In this document: piece after piece, positions 17,308 through 33,089 of the stretch
Position numbering within the stretch: position 1 is the first letter of the stretch
Layout: every line of letters begins with the position of its first letter
DNA from: Octopus vulgaris
Lineage: Eukaryota
DNA length: 64,000 bases
Assembly (NCBI GenBank): GCA_951406725.2
Contig: OX597836.1
Location: 7,068,001 to 7,132,000 of the forward strand
Reading direction: 5' to 3'
Notes under the pieces: generated by a model
What the model saw: the letters and a program-made list of their open reading frames with translations, nothing else
The model's database searches: none
Told to the model about the DNA's origin: nothing
Program-made: the position numbers and the translations under genes

Positions 17308-18325
17308 ATATATGTGTATATATATATATATATTCGCATATATAGATATCAATATATTCATACCATATGCGAACGTACATATAAGTGTATATATAAGTGT
17401 AGCTTTTTATATATTATGAAGGTGCATATATATAGTATATATGTATATATTTATTATATATATACATTTTCATGCTGTATATATATTTATATATATATAC
17501 ATACATACACTTATACTATATGTAGTACACATATATATCCGATATATATATATATATATATATACCCATATAGGTAGATAATTTATTTTTTGTCTCTCTC
17601 TCCCTCTCTTTCTTTCTCCCTCTTTTGCACACTCTCTTTCCCATTATATATGTAGGTATGTGTTTCTGTTACTCTGTGTGTGTGTGTGTTGCTATGATTG
17701 TGTGTATGTGTGCATGAGTGCGTGGATTCCATGTGTGGTATGTGCTATGCGTTTGTGCGCGGCGTTTCCGTATGTACTTCGAGGCAAAAGTGCTTCTGTA
17801 AAACTAAGCAAATTATTTACACACTGCATTCGTATGTGCGTTTCTGTCTACCTCCACATACGTACTCCACATACGTAAAACGAGTACAGTCACCGGGGAT
17901 TCTTATTGGGCTGTATAATATCATTGTACGTACAACGACCGTTTCACAGTACTTCATACAGGCAACATACAGCGTGAGAATAAAGATGTTTCGTTGTGAA
18001 ACGAGGAGATACACAAAACAGGATTTGCCGAGGAGGTGACAGAATGTTGTATAAAACGATTTATATTCAATGGATGTTTGGTGGAGGGTTACAGGGTTTG
18101 TATGGTGGGGGTTTTGAGCTGCTGTGGGGAAATGTGCGATAACTTTTCAAGTTAGACAAGTATACGGCTAGTTCAGAATTTATAGACAGAGGTAGTGATA
18201 TACATATACATAGTGATAAATGTAGATATTTATTTATATTTGGAGATATATATATATATATACTTACATATATATATACACACACACAAATATGTATACA
18301 TATATATATATAGAAATACACGTAT

Positions 18326-18379
<54 letters not shown>

Positions 18380-18510
18380 ACCATATATTCATATATATGT
18401 ATATATATATGCATGTATATATATATTTTCATATATATATATATATATATATATAAATATACATTCATATATACCTATATATATATACATATACATACAT
18501 ATAAATATAA

Positions 18511-18561
<51 letters not shown>

Positions 18562-18712
18562 TATATATATTTAATACAAACAAATGTACACAACCAAGTG
18601 TAATCTATACAGAGAATACCTGTCTGTCATAAGTGTATATATATATATATATATATATATAAAGGTGTTTATATAAAGATATATATGTAGACATACACAA
18701 GCAGAGATATAT

Positions 18713-18773
<61 letters not shown>

Positions 18774-18916
18774 AAAAATATGTATATATATATACATACA
18801 AATTATATGTATATATATACATATATATATATACTTCTCCATGTATTCATATGAATGTAAAATTCTCTTTCTGTCTTTATTTCGCTGTATATACACACTC
18901 ACACATATATACACCT

Positions 18917-18996
<80 letters not shown>

Positions 18997-19269
18997 GGAT
19001 AGATAGATAACTATATATATCTATCTATACGTATATATATATATATGTCTGTGTGTGTATATATATATATATTTACATGAGTGGGTGTGTGTGTGTGTGT
19101 GTTTTCGTGCCTGTGTATGCATCGTTAACTCGTATACAAGCGTATATTTCTATGTATACCATTATGTGGATGTATATTTATTAAACAATACATATATATG
19201 TGAATGTATATAAAAATGATTTTATATTTATATATATATGTATGTCTATATAAGTCTGTGTAGATGCAT

Positions 19270-19410
19270 TCTTTCATTCTTATTCTTCTACATGTTTCGG
19301 TCAGTTGACTGCGGCCATGCTGGAGCACCACCTTTAGTCGAACATATCAACCTCAGGACTTACTCATTGTTAGCCCAGTACTTATTATATCGGCATATTT
19401 TGCCGATAGG
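19270..19410 (-). mobile_element. SINE family A 3' fragment
   Basis: ttgactgcggccatgctggagcaccacctttagtcgaac. Confidence 0.75.
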
Positions 19411-19799
19411 GAAACGTGAATTCATCTTGAATTCTGGCTAGGCAGATAAGTATATATGCATACCAATCTATATCTATATATATATATATATATATACACA
19501 CACAAATAAATACATACATACATATATATATATGTATGTATGTATATATATATAAACCCGCACAAATAGAATTTTGTTTACCTATATAGATATCTATATA
19601 GGTGTATATATATATATGCATGTGTATATAAATATATATGTATGTATATATATGTATATATATGTATGTATATATATATATATATACAAACATACAAAAA
19701 TGAATGCATTTATATTTACATAATATAATATATTTTTATATATATGTTATAACATATAATATACATTATATATATCATTTAATATATGTGCGTTATACA

Positions 19800-19830
<31 letters not shown>

Positions 19831-19832
19831 AC

Positions 19833-19892
<60 letters not shown>

Positions 19893-20129
19893 ATATGTAG
19901 CGTTTCTAAATACAAAAGCCGTCCGATCTGTGATGTATATTTATGTAATTAAGTAGTGTGCTTGTTTATCAGCTGAAGATTGCCGAATCGGTGCGTCTAA
20001 CAAAAGTATCATGTGGTTTCTTATCCCATCGGAGTTTCCGCCCCTAGTGCTGAGCTGCATTTCACCACAGTTTAGACACTCACCAATTTTTTTTTTTGCT
20101 TTTTCTTACAGCCAATGTTCCCTACATAC

Positions 20130-20229
<100 letters not shown>

Positions 20230-20246
20230 GTATGTGTATGTATATA

Positions 20247-20318
<72 letters not shown>

Positions 20319-20324
20319 ATCTAA

Positions 20325-20520
20325 ACTGGAAAGCACAAAAAAACACAACAACTCGAGGACGTGGAACAAATATAGTATTATTGGATGCTCAGGAAGGAAG
20401 GGAAGAAGGAGGTTTTAACGTTTCGAGCGGAGCTCTTCGTCGGAAACATAGGAGAAGGAAAGATCCAGAGAAGGGAAGACAGAAGGAAATAAATCTTCAA
20501 CGGTACACACGAGGTCACAT
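20325..20520 (-). mobile_element. Penelope pLTR-like fragment with hammerhead-like motif (20413-20447)
   Basis: Minus strand gttt-CCGACGA-a-gagc-tcc-gctc-GAAACGTT-aaa; downstream part matches 1635-1710(+); similar layout to 53225-53400. Confidence 0.6.
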
Positions 20521-20769
20521 TTTGTTTACATAAATATATGTACCTATATACATGTATATAATATATAAATAGAAATATATGTATACATACACATATAGAC
20601 ATACATACATAATTATATATATAAAAATACATATTTATTATATAATATATATATTATAATACATATATGCATATGTATATTCATAGCTATATAGACATAT
20701 ATAGATAGATATAGACGATAGATACACACGCGCACATATATATGTATATATGTATATATATGTGTATAC

Positions 20770-20848
<79 letters not shown>

Positions 20849-21134
20849 GCTTGTTACGTATTGTAATATATAAACAAGGATTTTATATTAAACTGAATGA
20901 TTGCTCAATTGTATTTGGTAGAGTACAAATCAGTTATTCTCTAGCATGAACAATATCGGAAGTCACTTCGATGTTCCATCAAGCTAAGCCATCATCGGAT
21001 TGTGATAAATATACGTATATAGATAGGTAGATAGATAGATCATCATCGATACACACTACACAGTGTCGTGCTATGATGTGCGATTGTGTATGTGTTTGTG
21101 TTTGTGTATATATATATAAAAGCATGTATATGCG

Positions 21135-21175
<41 letters not shown>

Positions 21176-21290
21176 TGACACACACATATACATATATATA
21201 TGTGTGTGTATATATATGTTCATATATATGTAAGTATATATATATATACATATATATATATGTTTGTATATATATATGCGTGTGTATATA

Positions 21291-21396
<106 letters not shown>

Positions 21397-21429
21397 TGCA
21401 CGAATATATATATATATGTCTTGTTTGCA

Positions 21430-21465
<36 letters not shown>

Positions 21466-21795
21466 TATATGTAAGTATGTAAGTATGTATGCATGCATGT
21501 ATGTTTGCATGCACGTATGTATGTATGTATGTATGTATATATATATATACATATATATATATATGTATATATTGTGTGTGTGTGTGTGTGTGTAGACACA
21601 CACAACCGTTTTTCTTTGCACGACCTTCGCTTCGGACGGCGAGAGTGGGTGTGTGTGCACGGAATTTCCATGAATGAAACGGCGGAGACTAAAAGTACAC
21701 TTACATTTGTTATTATTGTAAAAATGTCCTGCTTGCTACAAACACCTACAGCAGCAGCAGCAGCAGCAGCAGAAGTAGTCGTAGTAGTAGTAGTA

Positions 21796-21851
<56 letters not shown>

Positions 21852-22207
21852 TTTTTGTTTGTTTGTTTGCCTGGTGGATTCTTACTTCAGCTGCCGTCGA
21901 TGTTGGTCTTTGGACAATTCCTGTTTTTGTTTTTATTCTTGCTGTTCTTCCCCACCCCAACCCACCCAACTCACACACCCGACGCCCCACCCTGCCCTTT
22001 CTTTATTCTTATCGATTTTTGCTTGCTGTAGTTGTTGTGATAGGTTTTTTTTGTTTGTTTTTGTTTTGTTTTGTTTTTGTTGTTATTGTACCCGGGTTAT
22101 TTAACGGTGTACCTACATTTCGGACGCGCTCCCACGCACCCGTGTCTCTACGGCCACGTGGATACATGCACCCTTACTTTACACACACACACATACACAC
22201 ACACACA

Positions 22208-22241
<34 letters not shown>

Positions 22242-22514
22242 CACACGCATACACGAATACATAGGTAAATATACATTGTTGTGCATCTCTATATAAATGA
22301 ATGCATATACACATATGGATTTATATACATGTATATATACACACACATATATATGTGTGTGTATACATATACATATATTTACTATGTATGCATACATACA
22401 CATACACACGCATATATACATACGTACATAGTCATATATATAGATATGTATATATATGCATGCGTTTATGAATATATATATATGTATGTATACGTATATA
22501 TGTGTGTGTATTTG

Positions 22515-22571
<57 letters not shown>

Positions 22572-23034
22572 GAAGTAATAACACCGTCCTAATCAGGACT
22601 TCCACTTTACGTTGACAAATACACTTTATTATACATACATATATATCTGTGTCTGTGTGTATATACCTATGTGTGTGCATATATATATATATGTGTGTGT
22701 GTATGTGTGTATATACACTATAAGCATATGCATAAATATACATATGTATGCATATTCATATATATGTATATATATTTAAACCTATATACAAACACACACA
22801 CACACATAGAATCATGTATGTGCATATGTATGTATGTATGTATGTATATATATATAGAGAGATATATACATACATATGTGTGTATGTATGTGTATATGCA
22901 CACACACACACACACACACACACGTACACACACACACACACACACATATATACCTATGTGCTCCGTTGTTTTATTTTCATTTTTTTCCCATGCCATGCAT
23001 TTGCTGAAATCAATAATATTGTTTTGATTTTGCT

Positions 23035-23070
<36 letters not shown>

Positions 23071-23822
23071 CACAACTACTACTGTTGTTGCTGCTGCTGC
23101 TACCACTACTACTACTACTATTACTACTACTACAACTACTCCCACCACCCTCATCACCGCCACTACTACCACTGCTACTATTACTACTACTACTACTACT
23201 ACTACTACTGCTACTACTGCTTCTACTACTACTACCACCACTACCACTACTACTACTACTACTACTACCATCACCATCACCACTACGACTATCATGGCCA
23301 CTGTTGTTGCTGCTGCTGCTGCTGCTGCTACCGCTGCTGCTCCATAGGTTATTGCTTATGACAATGTTACTGTTTATGCTTTTACTTTTGTTGTTTGTGT
23401 TGTTGTTGTTGTTGCAGCTGTCACATCTTTTATTGTTTATTTTCTTCTTGTTTTTATTGTTATTGTTGGTTTCCCTGTCATACAACTTTGTGTTGTTTCC
23501 ATAGTAACTGCTGCCGTACTGCTGCAGCTGCTGCTGCTGCTGCTGCCGCTATACCTGCTGCTGCTGTTGTTGTTGTTGTTGTTGTTGTTGCAGCTGTTAC
23601 TTCTGCCATTGCTGTTTTTGTTGTTGTTGTTATATTACATCATCATTAACGTTGTCCTCCTCATCATTCATCATCCTCATCATCATCATCATCTTCTTCG
23701 TCATCATCAACATCATCATCGTCAACATTACCAATATCGCCGTAATCGTCATCATCGTCGTCGTCATCATCATCATCATTCGCTTCATCGTCTCATCACC
23801 ATCATCGTCATCATCATCATAG

Positions 23823-23857
<35 letters not shown>

Positions 23858-24238
23858 GTCACCGTCGTTGTCAGCATCATCATTGTTATCACCACCGTCA
23901 CCGTCGTCTTCGTTACCATCGTTACCATCATCGTCATCATCATCATCATCATTATCAGTATGATCCTCATCAACCGACCGAATACAGCAGCCACCGGGGT
24001 GGCTGATCCGTCTCTTAACTCTTCTACACCCATCATCTCGAAGACTTCTCAAAAGCGTTTCCAAGCCCGACCATATTGGACTTTGGCCGGGGAATTAACT
24101 TGGATTAGATTATCTGATATTTCCTTTTCTTCTTTGAAGATCATAAATTCTGAATTTGGGGCTTACTCACCTGCTATTTCTAGCACTTTGAAAGGCTAGA
24201 ATAAGACGCATTAGAAGGCAAATTGCAGATTCAAAATT

Positions 24239-24425
<187 letters not shown>

Positions 24426-24444
24426 TAATAATAATAATAATAAT

Positions 24445-26217
24445 CTCATTTACATGGATGATTTAAAGCTCTTTGCAAAACATGACCAACAACTCAAAGG
24501 TTTACTAGCGATTGTTAAACAATTCAGTGATGACATCAGAATGCAATTTGGCCACGATAAATGTGCAAAAGCTACCTTTATCAAAGGAAAAATGACAGAA
24601 ACATCTAACGTTAACCTCGACCAGCAGAATGTCATAAAAGAGTTAGACCCAGCGGAGAGCTACAAGTACCTAGGAGTAATTGAAGGGGATGGAATAAGGC
24701 ATTCAGTGATGAAGGAAAGGATCAGGAAGGAATGTTATCGCAAAGTAAGAGCAATACTCAAGACAGAACTGAATGCGAGAAACAGGATCGAAGCGATCAA
24801 TGCTTTAGCCATACCAGTCGTGACTTACAGGTTCAATATCGTTAACTGGTCAATTACTGAAATATGTAATCTTGACAGAAAAATACGAAAATTGTTGATA
24901 ATGCATAGAATGCACCACCCTAAGGCCGATACAGAACAACTTTGCCTGCCATGAAAAGAGGGAGGCCGTGGACTTTTACAACTGGCAATAACAATGAAGA
25001 TTGCCACAATTGGCCTCGACACCTACCTGAAAAACTCTGAGGACTACTACTACTACTACTGCTACTACTGCTACTACTGCTACTGGATGTTAAAACTTGT
25101 CTCAAAACATGAAAACAAGAAAGCATCTTACTCAGTAACAAAACAGGCAAAAGAATATCTAAGTGAATTTCGAATACAACAAATTTCGGAATCAGACATA
25201 CAAGCAACAAGCGCAGAAAAAGCTAAGCGCGTGAAAACCCGTGCTAAGACTGCTGCCTTAGATATTCTGATTGATAAATGGCAAGAAAAACCTCTCAATG
25301 GCAAATACCCAGAGAGCGAATAATGCCGATGTTAACAAAGCCCTGACCCATCAATGGCTAATGGCCTCGGGCTTAAAATCTGAAACAGAAGGGTTTATCA
25401 AAGCAGTTCAAGATCAATGTCTACCTACAAGAAACTACCAGGCCAACATATTAAAAAACGGCAGTAGCCCAACATGTGTATGCCAACAACAAAATGAAAC
25501 CATTGATCATGTAGTCTCCATATGCAGTCTTCTTGTGCCAACAGAATATCTCAACAAGCATGATAGAGCTGCACAATATATTCACTGGGCAATTTTCAAA
25601 AACCTGGACTTGCCGCATGATAAAAACTGGTGGGAACACAAACCACTTCCAGTGCTTGAAAATGATCACATCTCATTCCTCTGGAACTTCACCATTCAAA
25701 CTGACAGAAAAATTGATGCGAATAGGCCAGGCATTATATTTAAAAACTTCGGACAAAAATCATGCCTCTTCATTGATATGATTGGCCCAATCAATATAAA
25801 CGTATCTGAGCAAACTGAGCGAATATAAAGCTCTTGAAATAGAAATTGGCAAAATGTGGAACCTGAAGACTAAAACAATACCTGTTGTCATAGGTGCACT
25901 AGGAATGATAGCAAAAGGGGTTGATTGCTACCTAGATCACATACCAGGAAACCCTAAAATGGCAGAAATTCAAAAGATAGTGATCATGGGAACTGCTCAT
26001 ATCCTACGCAAAATACTCTCTATGTAATCTCAAATTTTAAAACAAACTCATAATTTTCTTATGTTTTCTTAAACATTCTCTAGAACAACACTATGTACAA
26101 AAGTAAATATGTGGCACCCTAGGCATAACACCAACATCAACTTCTAACTTGTTGTCTCTTGGGTTCTCTGGGTGAGACTTGGAGCCAACTTGTACAAATG
26201 TAAAGCAAAAGTCATAC

Positions 26218-26218
<1 letters not shown>
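24445..26218 (+). mobile_element. 5'-truncated R4/Dong-clade retrotransposon (RT + CCHC + restriction-like endonuclease), pseudogenised, in (TAA)n
   Basis: LIYMDDLKLF, YKYLG, EGGRGL, C..ETIDHVVSIC, LWNFTIQTDRKIDANRP, IPVVIGALG motifs; stop at 24952-24954, frameshifts, (TAC)n expansion at 25044-25083; (AAT)n on both flanks. Confidence 0.92.
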
Positions 26219-26280
<62 letters not shown>

Positions 26281-26299
26281 TAATAATAATGAATACTAA

Positions 26300-26408
<109 letters not shown>

Positions 26409-26415
26409 ATACTAA

Positions 26416-26467
<52 letters not shown>

Positions 26468-26472
26468 TAATA

Positions 26473-26560
<88 letters not shown>

Positions 26561-26567
26561 ATACTAA

Positions 26568-26616
<49 letters not shown>

Positions 26617-26621
26617 TAATA

Positions 26622-26685
<64 letters not shown>

Positions 26686-27176
26686 CAATATAACTACTAC
26701 TACTGCAATTACTACTGCTACCGCCACTACTACTGCTGCACTAATGTTACTATTACTACTCCCAGTGTCACCATGACTACTACTACTACCACCGCCACCA
26801 CCTCCGCCACCATCATCATGTTTTTATTGCTGTTTCTTTGGTTGTAGTCGTTGTTGTTATTGTAGTCGCAGCTGTTACGGATGCTGCTGCTGCTGCTACT
26901 GCTGATGTTGCCAAGGCAACATATAAAAGTCGAGCAGTGTACGATTCTACCTAACCTACTTCCACTATGCACCCCTTTTTTCTCACCACCGACATCTCAG
27001 TCCATTCACCGCCGCCTCTGTGTCTGCTTGACTGTCCGTCTGTCCAAGCTTAACTGGATCAGAAGACAACGCCGTCAAGCGATCGATTTACGAAGTACCA
27101 TGTACAACACCATTGGCCAGCGGAGACTATTCACCGGCTGAAGCACAGATATAGATAGATAGATAGATAGATAGAT

Positions 27177-28584
27177 ATGTTTCTTTATTAGCCACACAGG
27201 GCTGCACACAGATAGAACAAATTACAAGGTAGAGCTTTTCTTTTGAAGGTTTAAGAAAGAAAAAAAAAAAAAAAAAAAGGAAGGGGGAGTTTCGATCAAA
27301 AGGGATCGTAAAAGGAGAGAAAGAGGACAAAAAAAAGGGGGGTTTAAAAAAAGGGGGGGGAGGAAAAAAATTGATCAATAGGGATCGTTATCACAGAAAT
27401 GTCAATATGAAGTGTAAAGGGGAGGACAGGTGAGGTTTACCCGTGCAAAGAAAAGCCTACGGAAAAGACCACGGTAACCTCGGTCAATGATGTCACATTT
27501 TATATTTCTTTTTTTTTTTTTTTTTGCAAATAAGCAACTCTCTGTTTTCGATTTCTGGGTTCATAGGACTATGCTCAAGGTGGCTTCGTCATTCATACGT
27601 ACCATTCTTGCTACATTCACCCATCTTTTTTTAAAACATTCGCTAGACAAAACTTGCCTCTCTACTCTCACTTTCCTTTTCAAGTGGTACTTGAAGAAGT
27701 TGATGAGAGATTGACCAGAGAGGAAAGTGTTTGTCTCCAATCCTTTCAGACGCGTCCACCAGATACATTCTTTCGCCATAGCCACAAGGATGATGAAAAT
27801 AGCTCTTCCTTCCCGTTTGAAGGAAGGAGGCGTGACAATATTGACGATAGACTCAGCTGATAAACCGACTCGTCCCACACGTGACAGCAGTTGTTCGACA
27901 TAAGCCCACAGGTCGGAAATTGTTGGACACTGAACGAGTGCGTGCAGAACGGTTTCGTCGCTCTGACCGCATCTCGGGCAGGTCGGCCCCGTGTTTCTCG
28001 AGCCGTGTCTGTAGAGCTTATCCCGAACGGGTAGCGCTTCTCGGTAGCACTGCCAGGCCAGGGATCTCTGGAAGTTGTCCATGGGCCCTGGCCCGAAAGT
28101 CGTCCTGAACAGGCGGGTCAGGTACTCCTCGTCGACGTCCAGGTTCGCCCCGAGCTCGTCGTCGTACCTCCCCTCCACTAAACCCCTATAGAATGCTTTG
28201 GTTGTGTTGAAGTCACTTAAGGTCGACCCAGGACGGCAGAGTTGCTTGAGAGCAACGCGACACTCGCGGTGCCATTCGCCCTTCCTCGGCCTCTTTTTGA
28301 TCCACGACTGCAGTTCGGTCATGGAGACGAGCTGCGGGAAAGCGTGCCTCACAAACGGCGACCACACCTGTTCACCGTCGTCTACATAGAGCCAGAGATG
28401 CCGCAGTCTCATCGCGTGTCTGCGCATCATCAACCACGGCATGCCCAGCCCTCCTTTTAACGGGTGTTGACAGCAAATGGATCGCCTGACCATCGGGACG
28501 CATCCTTTCCACAAGAAGCGAAAGAGGATGCGTTGTAGTTTGGTGATGGTAGGGTCGGGACAAGGTACGACGGTCAGGCGGTAG

Positions 28585-28586
<2 letters not shown>
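27177..28586 (-). mobile_element. L1/Tx1-clade retrotransposon copy 1, 5'-truncated (ORF2 C-terminus 27561-28586 with zf-RVT)
   Basis: Open frame YYRLTVVPC...FLWKG...GGLGMP...LPVRDKL...CPRCGQSDETVLHALVQC; 3' UTR ending AATAAAGAAAC; (GATA)n both sides. Confidence 0.92.
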
Positions 28587-29906
<1,320 letters not shown>

Positions 29907-29912
29907 TTAGAT

Positions 29913-30270
29913 AACTTTTTATTGTGGCCACACAGGGCTAAACACAGAATAAAAATGGACGAAATACAATGTAGAGGTTTTTCTTTTCGAGGTGGGATGG
30001 GTGGGACACAAAGAAAAAAACGTTCGATCAATAGGGATCTGTGGTTTGTGTGGTGTATAAAAATATTATATATATATATATATATATATAAATAAAGTTC
30101 ACAGTTTAGGTGTAGCCTTGGAAAGAAAAACCTACAAAAAAGACCAAGGTCACCTCAGACAGTTCGAAAATGAACACATGAGTAAGTCACCTTACCTCTC
30201 GTTGTCTCTTTTGTTTACAGATTTACGCTTAAAATAGTGTCGTCTTTCATACTGACCATTTTTGCCACAT
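29913..30270 (-). mobile_element. Diverged Tx1-family copy 3 (ORF end + 3' UTR)
   Basis: Homologous blocks ggaaagaaaaacctacaaaaaagacc and tcgtctttcatactgaccatttttgccacat; GATA flanks. Confidence 0.8.
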
Positions 30271-30286
30271 AGAAAGATAGATAGAT

Positions 30287-30410
30287 AACTTTCTTTATTG
30301 GCCACACAGAGCTGGACACAGAGGGGACAATTACAAATGTAGAGCTTTTCTTTTCGAAGATGTTAAAGGAAACAAATGTAAAATTTCGATGAAAAGGGAT
30401 CGTGTATCAC

Positions 30411-30412
<2 letters not shown>
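30287..30412 (-). mobile_element. Diverged Tx1-family copy 4 (3' UTR only)
   Basis: ttctttattggccacacag...tgtagagcttttcttttcgaag...gggatcgtgtatcacag; GATA flanks. Confidence 0.8.
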
Positions 30413-30497
<85 letters not shown>

Positions 30498-30995
30498 AAT
30501 TCATCTTTCACTATGTTCCACGATAATCAGTATTTCAACCCGATGGCCTTTCGTAATGTTTCAATGAAGACTTGCTCTGTGACGACAAAACTACAATAGC
30601 TCTGTAACGGGACTTTAAGGCCACAAGTAGGATATTTCTAGTCATCTTTTTGGGGATTTACAAATCTAACCGAGCTAGACAAATAAAAATATCTCAGAGA
30701 CGAATTTATCTTAGAATTACAAAACTGACCGATGTACTCTCATGGAAAAACAGTATTCCTGACATTAATTGGCGAAACTGTATTCGTAATGAGCAACCAT
30801 TTTATATTTACTTAGTTTGGTATTACAGAACTGTATCCTTGGATTACAAAATATTTGCTTCGGGGAGCATTGGCTTTCGCCAAGAATTATATTCAATTAC
30901 TGGTTCTGATAGCATTATAATCATGCATGCAAATTCATTGATTTCTTTCGATAGTGATTTGAGAATAAATAAGAATTACGTTAATTTTTCCGATG

Positions 30996-31420
30996 TAGGC
31001 GCAGGAGTGGCTGTCGGGTAAGTAGCTTGCTAACCAACCACATGGTTCCGGGTTCAGTCCCACTGCGTGGCATCTTGGGCAAGTGTCTTCTGCTATAGCC
31101 CCGGGCCGACCAATGCCTTGTGAGTGGATTTGGTAGACGGAAACTGAAAGAAGCCCCTTCATATATATGTGTATATATATGTATGAATGTGTGTTTATGT
31201 TTGTGTGTCTGTGTTTGTCCCCCTAGCCTTGCTTGACAACCGATGCTGGTGTGTTTACGTCCCCGTCACTTAGCGGTTCGGTAAAAGAGAACCGATAGAA
31301 TAAGTACTGGGCTTACAAAGAATAAGTCCCGGAGTCGATTTGCTCGACTAAAGGCGGTGCTCCAGCATGGCCGCAGTCAAATGACTGAAACAAGTAAAAA
31401 AAGAGTAAAAGAAAAAAAAA
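30996..31420 (+). mobile_element. SINE family A, full length, inserted in the PLE RT remnant
   Basis: Aligns with 6672-7080; splits the DV|VMGS motif with no evident TSD. Confidence 0.9.
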
Positions 31421-31697
31421 AGTTATGGGTAGCTAAGATGCAGTAAAAATCTATGAGCTTATTTGTCACGTATTAAGTTTGATAATTAACAGTAAGGGTG
31501 ATATCGAAAGGATGGACTCATTACCGCATGTCATTTTTATGACCAGCAATTACTTAGCACCAACAATATTTCTTTGAATTATTTAAAGTCTTACACCTAA
31601 AGATTTCGGTTGACACAAGTTTACATACCAGTGGATTTGTCTATATTACCTTAATGTAGAAACAAATATTTACTGTTTAGGAAACTGAATGAATGAG

Positions 31698-31862
31698 TTA
31701 TTTACATTATTTACATTTGACGGATATCTGTCTTCATCTTGTTTGTTGTTAACACAACGTTTCGGCTGATATACCCTCCAGCCTTCATCGGGTGTCTTGG
31801 GGAAATTTCGAACCTGAGTTCTCATTCCTAAGGTATTTTTCGATGTTTTGTTGTTGTTGTTG

Positions 31863-31916
<54 letters not shown>

Positions 31917-31993
31917 TCACTGCCTGGAATCGAACTCGGAATTTTGGAGTTAGTAGCCCGCGCTCTTAACCTCTATGCCATATGCCCGTGGGC
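31698..31993 (-). mobile_element. SINE family H: tRNA-like head + (AAT)n + hammerhead-bearing tail
   Basis: Head gcccacgggcatatggcatagaggttaagagcgcgggctactaactcc...gagttcgattcc; hammerhead 31751-31796 (core CCGATGA); tail atgtaaata repeats. Confidence 0.85.
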
Positions 31994-32011
31994 TAAAGTT
32001 AAAATAATAGA

Positions 32012-32063
32012 CAGAGCTACTAACCCCAAAGGTTCGGGTTCAATCCCAGGCAGTGATTGAATT

Positions 32064-32134
<71 letters not shown>

Positions 32135-32286
32135 CAACAACAACAACAACAACAACATCGACAAATATCTTAGGAATGAGAGCCCATGTTCGAAATTTCC
32201 AAAAGATACCTGATGAAGGCTGGAAGGTATATCAGCCGAAACGTTGTGTTAACAACAAACAAGATGAAGACAAATATCCATCAAAA
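32012..32286 (+). mobile_element. SINE family H second copy (head-to-head with the first)
   Basis: gctactaacccc...ggttcaatcccaggcagtga, (AAT)n(AAC)n, then a tail aligning with the reverse of 31698-31850. Confidence 0.85.
32205..32250 (+). ncRNA. Minimal PLE-type hammerhead ribozyme within SINE H
   Basis: gatac-CTGATGA-a-ggctg[gaaggtatat]cagcc-GAAA-CG-T-T-gtgtt: 5-bp stem I with wobbles, 5-bp stem II, palindromic ACGT stem III. Confidence 0.8.
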
Positions 32287-32579
32287 ATAGAACTCTTAAA
32301 TATAGAACTGAATAAATGGGATTTGAAACAATATTTATATACTGATATTGTTTATTAGAAAGAAGCGTTGAAACGCAGACGTTCTAAGGATAAATCTAAT
32401 TATAGAAATAAAAGTATGTGAATTTATAGAAACGTAAAAATAGAAAATGTAAAAATTTTTGGTTTTAATACCCTTTTTACTCTCAATGTGAGAACATGTA
32501 CTGCAGGACCGGATTAGGACCCAGAGAGGCCCTAAGCACTTACAAGATGTTGGTGCTCTTATATATGTGTAATTCAAAA

Positions 32580-32968
32580 TATCGTCGTGGCACTTCGTCG
32601 GTTACGACGATGAGGGCTCCAGTTGATCGGATCAACGGAACAGCCTGCTCGTGAAATTAACGTGCCAGTGACTGAGCACTCCACAGACACATGTACCCTT
32701 AACGTAGTTCTCGGGGGAGATTCAGCGTGACACAGAGTGTGACAAGGCTGGCCCCTTTGAATTACTGGTACAACAGAAACAGGAAGAAAGAGCGAGAGAA
32801 AGTTGTGGTGAAAGAGTACATCAAGGTTCGCCACCACACCCTGCTGGAGCCTCGTGGAGCTTTTAGGTGTTTTCGGTCAATAAACAGTCACAACGCCCGG
32901 TCTGGGAATCGAAACCGCGATCTGACGACCGTGAGTCCGCTGCCCTAACCACTGCTATTGCGTTTCCA
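32580..32968 (-). mobile_element. tRNA-derived SINE sharing the family B 3' body, with a different middle
   Basis: Reverse head agtggttagggcagcggactcacgg...gtttcgattcccagacc; 3' body matches 51530-51658. Confidence 0.8.
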
Positions 32969-33089
32969 CTATTCAAAATGTAAACAATTATAAACCATGA
33001 AATAAAACGAAAAGCAAGATGGCAAATAATGTTTATTTTTATATATTTTTCTTTATTTATATTTGGAAAGTTTTCTCCTACTTTTTTTT

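Larger units (their letters stand above)
30620..32505 (+). pseudogene. Decayed Penelope-like element reverse transcriptase, interrupted by three SINEs
   Basis: Ordered remnants SWKNS..INW, FGITELYPWIT..LLRGALAFAK, IIMHA, FSDV|VMGS*D, LFK..HLKISVDT..GFVYITL, FRKLN, Y*KEALKR, RKNRK..FNTLFTLNVRT resemble PLE RT motifs (FDI.EFYPSI, FDVTMGSYDG, WFNPPFS.NV.T). Confidence 0.72.

Noticed and set aside
23952-24200. Possible exon with a CAG|GTGAGT donor on the minus strand
   Set aside because: The donor lies within the tgctagaaatagcag motif of repeat family D; no recognisable protein.
31913-31990. tRNA-Ser-like and other tRNA-like sequences as real tRNA genes
   Set aside because: No complete acceptor stem; each continues into a shared SINE body.
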